The notes under the pieces were generated by a model. That model saw only the letters and a program-made list of their open reading frames with translations, had not been told where the DNA came from and searched no databases. Both the position numbers and the translations under genes were made by a program. Below, one piece after another: positions 44,897 to 54,916 of a stretch of DNA of 64,000 nt. Source of the stretch: Rebecca billardiae RCC1528 (taxonomy: Eukaryota > Protista > Haptophyta); contig OZ251231.1 in assembly GCA_965240325.2 (NCBI GenBank), forward strand, positions 186,001 through 250,000, given 5' to 3'. Each line of letters opens with the position of its first letter. The first letter of the stretch is position 1.

Positions 44897-45811
44897 GGCC
44901 TGTTTTATTTCTACCAGATTCCATTTCCTATGTCACGGCGACAAACCCCTGCCCGCCCTGGCCAGTGGGAATCGGTGTCACGCCCCGTTGGATGTACCTC
45001 TCACGGCCGATGGCGGCCCCCACGTGCGCGAGGAACGCGATTCCTGCACTCCTCGGTGACCGGTGAGTGCAGGAATCCAGTTGCGGCGCTCGTCCGCCTC
45101 GTCGTTGTCGCACACAAGGTACATCCAACACCATGGGTCGTATCCCAAAACTCTCCGCGCGCTCTGCGCCCGCGCGGCGAGCGCTTGCAGGCTTGTTCTC
45201 ATCATCTTGGCCAAGACTGCAGCCTGCCAGATGCGCCAGGAGACGTGTGCACGCCTTTCCGCGCGTCATGGGTGCGCGTGGCACGCACCTTGTCATATTA
45301 TACGCCGAGGAGGCCTGAGCATCCGGCCTACCAACCTTCCGCGCTCACGTTCAAATGCAGGCGGCAAGCTGCATGCAAGCGCACGCCGAACGGAAGCATC
45401 TCAAGCTCGACAAGGTAGTGGCGGCGGAGCGTTTAGAGCTGGTGGCGATTGCAGTCCATCTGGCTGTGAACTGGTCGCTAACTGACGCGGGTGCGATGCA
45501 GCCAAGGCGGTGTGCTTGCAGCTTGCAGAGGGCCTGCAGCTGCGGCGGTTTGCCGCCGCTCGCCGGCTGCATCGTACTCACTGCCGTGCACCGCGAGTGA
45601 CCGCTGTGTCAAGGCGAAGCACCACGGCAAGGCGAAGCAGCATGTCTGACAACATCCTTCGCCACAGCGCAGCGCCTCAACACGAGAATGCGCGAATGAC
45701 GTGCCATCACTACTCCGGACTAGCTCCGGCGCCCACACCCGCGGGCAAGCCGCCATTGTACCGCGTTTTGGCGAATGTCGCCTTTGGGCTCTCGTAGAAA
45801 TAAAACAGGCC
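44897..45811 (+). mobile_element. Non-autonomous TIR element (915 bp, 4-bp TSD) with a highly self-complementary interior
   Basis: Perfect 18-bp TIR GGCCTGTTTTATTTCTAC (44897-44914 / 45794-45811); TSD AGAC (44893-96 / 45812-15). Superfamily uncertain. Confidence 0.85.
44987..45129 (+). ncRNA. Candidate long structured RNA hairpin inside the TIR element
   Basis: Stems 44987-44999/45117-45129 (13 bp perfect), 45004-45016/45099-45110 (12 bp including 5 G-U), 45022-29/45086-93, and 45039-51/45065-77 (13 bp perfect). Expression unknown. Confidence 0.45.
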
Positions 45812-46374
45812 AGACTGTGGGCGTGAGTTAGTCTCAGTATACGTCGTGAAGCCTGCGCGGGGCCGGGTACAGGTGGATACGGGCTAACTGGACACATGTC
45901 AGGCGATGGGCCCGATCTGGACACTCTGTTGCCGGGGCCGGACCGGGCCTCGAATGTGTGAGCCTCCGGTGATAAGTGATAACTCCGCTGTGACTGTCGG
46001 CAGTACGGACTACGGCCTGGCGTAGACCGGTCACGGTGGCGCCGCGTGGCCGGCGTGGCGAGTCAGGTCTCCTGGCGGGCGAACGAGCACGAGCCGCCCG
46101 CACTCACTCGCACTGGCGGGGGCGCCACGACGACGCACGATCGGTTCGCTCGGGCTCACACTCCTTGAGTCCTGGTCGTGGGACGTAGTCGTCTGCGCAC
46201 GCGGCCAGCGGCAGGGCCCAGGTCGCGCTAGTCGTAGTTTTAAAATTAAAACTAAAAGTTGGCATTCAGAGTGTTCTCGCCGGCTTCACCTTGCTGTATG
46301 TTTCGTGAGTACGGTAGTTCCGCGCACACAAGGCCGAACGCCCACGGCGTTTCAAGCCCGAAGCCCGGCACGAC

Positions 46375-47364
46375 CAGGGATGGGCAGATTCGCCGAATGG
46401 CCTCAGCCTTCGCCGCATCGCCGAATTCGCCGAATTCGCCGGAATTCGCCGAATATATGGCGAATTTCTGCGTAGCGAACATTTCCGCGCCATGTGTCAC
46501 CCGAGCTGACAGGCTACGAGTGTCAGGATGACGCGTGGCACACCCCGTCGACTTCCAGGGACCGTGCCCAAGCTGTGAAGCCTCTACGCGGCCGAGCTCT
46601 GGGACGCGCGCGGCGGGTCAGACATCTTCATTGCGCGCCATTGCGCGCCTCGCGTGGCACGGGCTTATGACACGGACCTCGGCCCGGCCAGCTTCCTCAG
46701 CCTTCGCTAAGTTGGCGGCAAGTCTCACTGCAAGCGTGCCAGGAAGCATTGTGCTCGAGTCTGCCGCGCCGCCCGGCGAACGCCAGCCTCGCCGATGCCA
46801 CCACCAAGGCCGGCGCACAGGCTGTCCGTCGGCCTGAGTTTACGGCTGCTCGGCAGTCCGCCTTCAGCGTATGCACGCAACGCTGCCCGCGCCAGAAGTC
46901 GTCGCGACGCTCGTCTGACGCCTCGTCAGAGCGCACGTCGCTACACTTGTAGCGGAGATGCGCTGCGTGACCCTGTGCGTCAACGACGCGTGCAAGGCCG
47001 AGCTGCTCGCGGCCACCTACTTCAACGGAGCGCGGCGCCGAGTTGCAGGCGCGCCCGCTCTCCGCGCTCGACGACTGGCTGCCGCCGCCGCTGCGGAGGC
47101 ATGCAAGCGCCGACCGCGTCATATTCGACAGCCCGCTTGGCGAGTTAGCGTCGTACGCCGCACGCCTCGGCCCGGCGGACGCGCACGTGGCGGCGCGCGG
47201 GTCGCGCTCCGATGCGCCGAGCGGCGGCCGTCGGCCGCCGGCCGGGAGATACTGAGTCCGGCAACGGCAATACCGCCCGGATCGGGGCTTTCGCCACCTG
47301 CCGTTCGCCGATTCGGCGAATTCGGCGAATTGAAAATTCGGCGATTCGCTTGCGCCCATCCCTG
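46375..47364. mobile_element. Non-autonomous hAT (Ac-like) element
   Basis: TIR CAGGGATGGGC...GCCCATCCCTG (Ac-like); 8-bp TSD GGCACGAC/GGCAAGAC (one mismatch); clustered subterminal TTCGCCGAA repeats at both ends; degenerate minus-strand remnant (DDFWRG...MLPGTLAVRLAAN) reminiscent of a hAT C-terminal domain. Confidence 0.88.
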
Positions 47365-49406
47365 GGCAAGACGCGTGCGCGGACTCAGGAAGGGCGACGA
47401 ACTCCGAGGCAAGGCGCGGTTGCGCTGGCGTGGGTAGGTCCCAGAGGCCGAACCGTCCGCAGACTGCCACTGAGAAGTGAGACTGAGAGTGTAAGAGCGC
47501 ACGTACGCGGCCCGTGTCGCGGTAGCCACTCCGACTTAGTCACGGGCGAGTAGTCCGACAATCAGTATACTCACTCTATCTAGTCATCTCGCCTGCCTGC
47601 CAGAATTAAGTGTGGCGCCGTCTCTTGATTCTTCGTCAGTAAATTGATGTGATGTCTCCCGCCTCCTGCCTAGTGCCTGAGCTGTGCCGCGTCCGTCTAG
47701 TATTCTTAGTGCCTGTGAACTGTGTCCCGGGGCCGCCTGATTATCTGACAGTCGGATTCAGCCGGCCGACACTACACCAGGTAACCGGTCGCGCGGCTCG
47801 GCGGGAGTCTAATCAATGTGACTGTGTTCGACTACAGACGTCGCGGACAGTCCGAGACCGAGACGGTACCCGGCGTCACGGCAGCGGCACAGCAGTGACG
47901 TGAGACTGAGGTGATCAATTCTACACAGTGCTTCCTCACTCAGGCCGAGTGAGTCAGGGCCCGGACTTCCTCCAAGTTCACCTCACCTCAGTTCGGTGAC
48001 AGTGATGATGCATCGTCCCGCGGTTAATCGGGTTAATCGAATCCTGTCGCGGGAATCGGGTCGGTAATATGGGTTGGCGCTGCGCGTCAACTTGGGCTGG
48101 AAACCTGTTTCTGAAACGCACGATGGCACGCCGGGCCGGTAGCCCGAGCTCGGAATTCCGACGCTGCCAACGGCGCCACAGGGGCGCAGCGGCGGGGCTG
48201 ACGACGCGCGCGCGTGTGCACGTCTGACCACGCGCTGCAATGACTGGCCCGTCTGCAGCACCACGTCCCGCGCTGTGAGTGAGAGTGTGGCCCGCGCCCA
48301 AGCGAGAACGCGGGCCGGGCGGCACTCTCCGCCGACCTCGCCGGCCGCCGACCAGCCCGCGGCCGCCTGCTGCAGCTCGTGGAACACGCAGTCGCGCGCT
48401 CGCGCGTGGATGGCGGCCCTGCGCGTATGCGCCCGCCGCGCGTGCCGCTTCATCCGCTGGCACCGCACGCGAGCCGCTCGCCGCGCGCAGTCGGCAGCTC
48501 GAGCCCTCCGCCGCCCGACCGGGCCGGCGCCACGCCTCGCGCTCGTGCTCGAGCTGAGGCGGCGCGTGTCGCCCGAGCCGGCGGGTTCGCGCGCGTGCGC
48601 GTGGCGGGCGGCCTCGCGCGTGCGCCCGCCGCGTGCCCCGCGTCGCTCGCTGGCGCCGCACGCGAGCCGTTCGTCGGACCGACCGACACGAGGGCGACCC
48701 TTGGATTCGTGGGCTCTCGTCTCGGCTCTTGTCCTTCGGACCCGGGACGTCGAGGCGACGCCGGCCGGGGCCGAGCGGGGTTGCTACTTGCTCCGATGCT
48801 CGTATACAATGCAAGATGATACCCGCGTGCCACTATCAGCGCGCCCTTTCGCTCGTGAAATGTCTAGCGAGAAGGTGACGGTTCGTGCGAATGTGAAGTG
48901 TGAACTCGCGACACGACGAATGCACAGATGCGATTCGCGCGAATGTGAGTACGCAAAGCGCCGAACGACGAGCGGTTTTTGACCGAACGACGAGCGGCTT
49001 TTGTCTGATCGAGCGCGTAAGCGGGTACGCGAATTGCGCATATGTGACCCGGTGACAAAGGGGGCGTCAAATAAAGGCGTGCGACGGGCTAATTCTATGA
49101 TTTAAAGACACAGGCACGAGGGCGCAGCTCTCCTGATTCGTCTGTCGAAGTACTGAATGGAGTTAATGGAGGATGTCGCTGGAGCGCGTTGGCCGCGGGT
49201 GAGGGAGTCGTCGTAACCGATGCTGATCACACGGTCACTGAGGTAGTAGGCGCCCGGGGATGCCGCTGTTTTGCAGTCGTCGTCGGCCTTGGTCATCATG
49301 TAGTTGCCCGCGTCGTCGTCGTCCGAGGCTGTTCAAGTTGATGCCGTAGTGCAGGTAGTGGATGTGGTCGCCCGGGCCGGTGTGCGCGGCCTAGTGGCCT
49401 TGCCGA

Positions 49407-49532
49407 GTTGAGGGAGTCGTCGCCCTTGCCGTTGAGGAAGTCGTCGTCCTTGCCGTTGAGGAAGTCGTCGCCCTGGCCGCAGAGGAAGTCGTCGCCCTTG
49501 CCGTTGAGGAAGTCGTCGTCCTGGCCGCTGAG
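49407..49532. repeat. Tandem 24-bp minisatellite, ~5 units
   Basis: Unit GTTGAGGAAGTCGTCG(C/T)CC(T)TGGCC-type, e.g. GTTGAGGAAGTCGTCGTCCTTGCC, head-to-tail without spacers. Confidence 0.85.
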
Positions 49533-49586
49533 GGTGCCTGCGCTGCCCAACCGGGCGCGTCTGGCGCGCCAGCGCCGCGCGCGGCT

Positions 49587-50690
49587 CTACGCCAGCGACG
49601 GCGGCACGGCGGCAGCCAGGTCACGGGGGGGGTCGGCGAGGGACGCGGTGCGAGCCTGCTTGGCCGGCTTGGCGTCGCTCCCGCCAGCGGAGGAGGGCCC
49701 ATCCTCCTCCGCCGGCGTGGACGGCTCGGTCGCCGCGCGCTTGCCGGCTGCCGCGGCGCCGGGGGGCAGGACCAGGCGGTAGTTGGACTCCCCGAGCGCC
49801 GGCCTGGCCTGTTGCACCTCGGGCCCGTCCGACGGCGCGGCCGCGGTTGGCGGCTGGGGTGGCGGGATGGCATCGTCGGAACCCTCCCCCTCGGGCTCCT
49901 CCGCCTCCGGGCCGGCGGGGTCCGCCGCCTGTTGGTCGGCCGGCTGAGGAGCAGGGCGGCGCGCAGCGGCGGGCGGCGCGGGCGGCACAGGCGGCGCGGG
50001 CGGCACGCCCCACAGGTTGTGTGGGACGCGGGCGGCGCCGGCGATGCGGCGGCTCGGCTTGAGCGGCGCGAAGAAGATGGGGTGCTCGGGGTCGATGGGC
50101 ATGAAACGGAGGCGGAGGAAGATCAGGTTCACACCGCCGGAGTAGATGTTGGTCTCGACGTGCTCACCGTTGGTCACGTACTTGTTGATGTCGGGCACGA
50201 TCTGCTCGTAGAGGGCCCTGTGGAACTGCACGAGCGTCATCGTGGGGCTAACCGGGAGCGTGAGGGACACGTCCTTCGCCTGGGTTGCGAGGTCGGCCAC
50301 CGACAGCGCGAGCATCTCCTGCGTGAGCTCCGTGGTGCACGCCGTGAAAATGTTCGGCATGCACAGGCTGGTGGCCAGGCGGCGGCAGATGGCCATGTTC
50401 TCGAGCACCGATCCGGTGAAGGAGAAAACGTGCTTATTGCCTTTGGGGTCCTGGGTGAGTCCTGCGAGCAGTCGCCCGCCTTGCGAGTTGGGCGCCACGT
50501 CGCTCAGGCAGCGCGCGCTCAGCTTGATCATCGTCGTGCACATCTGCAGGCCCGCATCCCGCCTGTCGGTGGGGGTGCTCGGCCGTTCCAGCTGCAGCCC
50601 GCGCTCGTAGTTGCTGGAAGAGGGGAAGAAGGTCAAGGCGCTCCTGCTGTTGAGACGGTCGCGGAACACGCCGTACTCGTAAGGGGGCAT
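49587..50690 (-). CDS. Intronless orphan ORF (367 aa), possibly an ORF1/gag-like protein of a non-autonomous retroelement spanning ~49100-51353
   Basis: Intact ORF MPPYEYGVF... with a globular N-half and Pro/Ala-rich tail; long poly-C-containing leader; downstream minisatellite; 3' motif shared with 16200-16240. Confidence 0.5.
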   Translation of the reverse strand: MPPYEYGVFRDRLNSRSALTFFPSSSNYERGLQLERPSTPTDRRDAGLQMCTTMIKLSARCLSDVAPNSQGGRLLAGLTQDPKGNKHVFSFTGSVLENMAICRRLATSLCMPNIFTACTTELTQEMLALSVADLATQAKDVSLTLPVSPTMTLVQFHRALYEQIVPDINKYVTNGEHVETNIYSGGVNLIFLRLRFMPIDPEHPIFFAPLKPSRRIAGAARVPHNLWGVPPAPPVPPAPPAAARRPAPQPADQQAADPAGPEAEEPEGEGSDDAIPPPQPPTAAAPSDGPEVQQARPALGESNYRLVLPPGAAAAGKRAATEPSTPAEEDGPSSAGGSDAKPAKQARTASLADPPRDLAAAVPPSLA

Positions 50691-51357
50691 GGTAGCCGGT
50701 GTGGCGGGCGCGGGGCTGCGGAGGGGGGGGGGGGGGGCGGGTGCGGGCACTGCGGTGCGAGCGAGGTCGGTGCTGGTGCCAAAGGCATTTCGGCGCGCGG
50801 GGTTGAAATCAAATTTCAAAACCCAGGTCCGGAGTGGCCCCGCCGGTCCCCCGGACCACGGCGGCCCGTCGTGCGTTTCGGGGGGAGAGGGGTTTGTCGC
50901 GAAACGGGCAGGATGGGGAAGGGGGGGGGGGGGGGCTCGCGGCCGCCGCGGGGAGGCCGGGACGGGCGCGGTCTCCACCTGAGGGCCGGGCGCTGCTCAG
51001 GAAGGAGGGCGGCCCACACTCCGCGTGTCGCTCCCCAGTGCCTCCGCACTTCGCCGTCGTGTCGGGATGAGCATGCGCTTGGCGTCCGCACCGGGCCAGT
51101 CCTTGCATGGTCAGCAAGCAGGCGGGGGGGGGGCGTGCGTGTGCAAGCGCGGGTGGATATGTCGTGTCTGCGATATGCGGAGTGTTGGATGCGGGTTGCG
51201 CCGGTGCCCCAGGGCACCGGTGAGTGTGTAGCTGTTTCGGGCACGCCTCGCGAACGCGAGGCGCTGGAAGACATGGCCGAGGGAGGACCGCCTGGCTGGT
51301 CCCCAGCTGGTCCCCAGCGTGAAGTCGTGCCTTTGTTCTCGTGGGTTTCCAGAATAT

Positions 51358-54324
51358 AGGTGAAAAATCCTTTGAGCGGCAGATCAGGCGCGGAAGTCGT
51401 TGCAAAACGATCCCGCAATAAGTATTCGCGATCCCGTATTGGCCATTGCTATCAGCGGACCGCGGTTGGCTCGCCTTCTTATTGCGCCGCGCTTCGCTCC
51501 CGGTCGAAACGCTCGCCAACCGGCAAGAGCGCGCTGGGCAGCCGCATCGACGAGCTCGTCGCGTCGCGAGCCGAGGGCGGTCTTGAAACGCCCGCCGCGG
51601 GGCCACCTCGGCTGTGGGCAGGTGGTGCACTCGTAGGAGCGCGATGTCGCGCTCCCGCACGGCGCCCGTGCTTGCCCCGCACCTCCGAGTGCGCGTGTTG
51701 CATCTTTGCGCACCATCCCCGAATCGAGCCGGCACTTCGCGCGCGCACAGTTCAAGAAGGCGATGCGACCTTGCGACCAAAATCGGCGCACGCTATGCCC
51801 TGCTGGCATCTCTCTGACAATCTAGCATTTTGGTCGCAAGGTCGGTCGTCGTTCTCGCGCAGCTGTGACAAGACTGAGGCTGCCTCAATCATTCACGGCA
51901 TGAAGCACATGCTCGAGAAGGACCGCTGGTACGCCCTCTGCATCACGGAGGCGGTGGCTCTTTGGGTCAGAATCCACCTCAGCCACACCCTTGCAGGTGC
52001 CTTCGGCGCCTCGGACCCCGCCGTGTTCAACAACGCAGTTCGCGCGGCCGACCTTCCGTGGCGGCTACAGCTGCGTGCGGGGACTCGGCTGGCGCGTGTC
52101 GATTGAGGCCAGGACGACGATTCACACGACCCACTGCACTTGCCTGAGCGTGCACGGGCGTAAGCTCTACTGGCTTTGGTTCGGCTGCAGCATCCCGCCC
52201 CGCGAGCCAGATGTCGAGGTCGAACGCGCGCAAGCGCGCGCGCGTGCGCGCCGCTCGCAGCGGCAGCGCAGCGTGCGCTGCGCGCCGATGAGCATCATCG
52301 AGTGGCTCGACTCGCTCCCGTCGGAGATCCCGCCAGACCCGCGCCCGTCGGCGCCATGGCTATGGCCGCACATGTCCGTGCTCTCCACGCTCGCCGTCGC
52401 CGCCCCCGCTGCTGCCCCCGCCTCAGAGCCCGCCGCCGAGCCCGCGCTGCCGCCGGAGACCATCCTCTGCTTCCGCGTGCTCGGCATCACCAACCCCGTA
52501 GGCGCGGCGGATGGCGAGCTGCTGAAGCTGTCGGGCCCGGTCACGGCGCATGTCACGAAGCCGCCCGCGGAAATTGGCGCGTCGTACTGGCGCGAGTTGC
52601 GCCGCGCGGCCGAGGCGCTCGTCAAGGAGCTCATGAACGTGCTCTTGCCGGGCAGCCCGACCAGGGCGCACCGCGCCCTCGGGCTGGGCGACTGGGTCGA
52701 CGCCAACCAGAGCGCGCGTGAGCCCGCGCGGCGGAGAGCGGCTCGGCTGATGGGCAAGCAGGGCGATGCGTTGACGCGCGTCGCGGGGTTGATCAAGGAG
52801 ATGCCCAAGCGCAAGGAGGCGCGAGGCGTGGTCGTGCAGCTGCTCTCGACCCGTGCGCCGATCTTCAGCCGCAACGCGCGAGCATTTCGATCTCAGCGTC
52901 AGCGTGCGCCTCTGGCGCGAGGCGCGTTGGCACGCGAGGCTCTACGGCGAGGGCGAGCCCGTACCCGAGGAGCTGCGGCACGGGCGGCTCAAGGTGCACC
53001 GCGCACATCGCTCGGTCATCCGCGGCTGCCCTTGCTTCCTCGCGTCGATCTCTCAGCGCCTCGGCTCGCGCACCAAGGTGAACGAGCTGAGCAGCGGCGA
53101 GGAGCTCGAACACGGCGCGAGGCGTCGGCGTGCCAGGCGACCGAGCTGCAGAAGACGATCGGCACGGCCGACGCCGCAGCGAGGTTTGTTTCATGGTGAC
53201 CCGGGCGGGTACTCCCTGCACATCATCGCCGTCGGCGGGCCCATATTTGGCCGGCTCGAGCTGATATGCTCATCACGACGCTCAAGCAGGCGCCGTCGTA
53301 CACGGTGGTGCGCCTGCAGCTGATGGTCGACAAAGCACAGGCGAAGGAGGACCACATGGCCGAGTCTGATGACGAGCGGGACGCTGGCGATGACGGCACC
53401 GACATCGACGACGATGACGACGACGACGACGGCACTGATGGTGCGCGGGCCCCGCGCGCGGCGGCGCGCGCGGGCGCGGCAGCGCGCGGGCGCGGCGGTG
53501 GCGGCGACAGCGGCGGCGGCGGCGGCGATGGCGGCGGTGGCGGCGACGGCGGCGGCGGCGGCGGCGGAGTGGCGGCGGCGCGCTCGAGCGGCTCGTTTAT
53601 CTTCAACCCGCGCATCGTGAGCATCACGCCGCTCGGCGCGCTGCACAAGCTCGTGAGCGGCGGCAACGTTGGCGTCAGAGCCGCGCTAGCAAACAAACTG
53701 AGCGCGCAGTGGCCGACGTCGGCGCGCTCATCGGCGCGAGCGATGCTGCGCTCGTGGGTGGCTACGAGGTGATCCGCTCTTCCACACAGGGCTCTCTCGC
53801 GCGCATGCCCGCGCTCGAGCGCATCAAGGGCTTCGTCCGCGCGCTTGCTGACTTCATCCGCAACCCGGCAGCTGCGTCCAGCGATGCACAACCGCACGCC
53901 AAGCGGGCACGCACCGAGCGAGGCAGGACGGGTCGGGGTGACGATGGCGCGTCGGAGAGTGACGAGGAGGAGCTCGATGAGGACGACGAGGACGACGAGG
54001 ACGACGACAGCGACATTGTCAGTGGCTGCGAGGACGACGAGGGACGAGGACGACGACGAGCTGTACCCCGTCGATGACATTGTGAGCAAGGAGACACGCG
54101 ACGGTGTCGTCGGCTACATTGTGCGCTGGGAGGGAGTGGACGGAGCTGGGCAACCGTGGCCCGACTCGTGGGAGCCCGCCGACAACGTGTCGGGCGAACT
54201 CGCTCGAGTTTGAGCGGCAGCACGGCGGAGGGGGTGTCGGCGGGGCGCACTGGCGATGGCGGCCCTCGTAACGGACTTCCGCGCTGCCCTATTTGGGATC
54301 CGACAGGGATCCGATTTGTTACCT
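51358..54324 (+). mobile_element. ~3-kb DNA transposon-like element with imperfect TIRs carrying a decayed chromodomain gene
   Basis: Ends AGGTGAAAAATC / reverse complement AGGTAACAAATC, each followed internally by GCGCGGAAGTC (51388-98 / 54274-84); ATAT on both flanks (51354-57, 54325-28). Confidence 0.65.
51800..54213 (+). pseudogene. Frameshifted long ORF ending in an acidic tract and a chromodomain
   Basis: Consecutive protein-like fragments in different frames; C-terminal YPVDDIV....GYIVRWEG....DSWEPADNV matches the chromodomain consensus with aromatic-cage positions. Confidence 0.7.
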
Positions 54325-54916
54325 ATATATTTAATGGTAAACTGTAGTACCGCGGCGCGCGCGCGCTCAACTTGTTGGAACATCATCTATTTATTCGACT
54401 GGGTCATCGACTCATCGCCATCGAACTCTAATGACGAACCAGTTTGCGACCGCATCCCCGCGCCCGAATCGTCAATCCCCCCCCGGGCACCTGCTATGAA
54501 AACGTGATATGGTATCAACCGTAGATTAATATGTGCCGTCGCAACGACATATCGCAGCTCAAGCCCCACCACGTATGTCGGTGCGGGTAGGCATTAACCG
54601 TAAATGCCATCACAGCTTGAAAAAGCGACGCTTCCGTCTAATCAGACGACAAATGACTAAATGAGCCATCAGAGGCCGCGGGAAACAACACCTCTCTTTC
54701 AGGGTTGATATAGGGTATGTTGCAACGAACTCTCATTAAAGTCATTCATCAGGGCTCGCGGACCAATGACGAGCGTGCTCGCGGTTGCGTGGAACGCGCT
54801 GAATGGCGAATAGATACCGCTTCCAATCAACCAGCCCATCAACCAAAGGGGCGAGGTATCTCAAGGGCCCGACTCCCGCGCGCCCGACTCCCGAGGGAGC
54901 TCTCGGAAAAACGAAC

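Noticed and set aside
44987-45129. Two opposite-strand peptides WMYL-x13-IPALxG suggesting a duplicated coding motif
   Set aside because: This is a by-product of the nucleotide hairpin; the middle is conserved as base pairing, not as amino acids.
49407-49532. CRISPR-like array or RTX Ca-binding repeats (GKGDDFLN)
   Set aside because: Units are head-to-tail with no unique spacers and there are no cas genes. The period is 8 aa rather than the RTX nonapeptide, and the ORF lacks an ATG.
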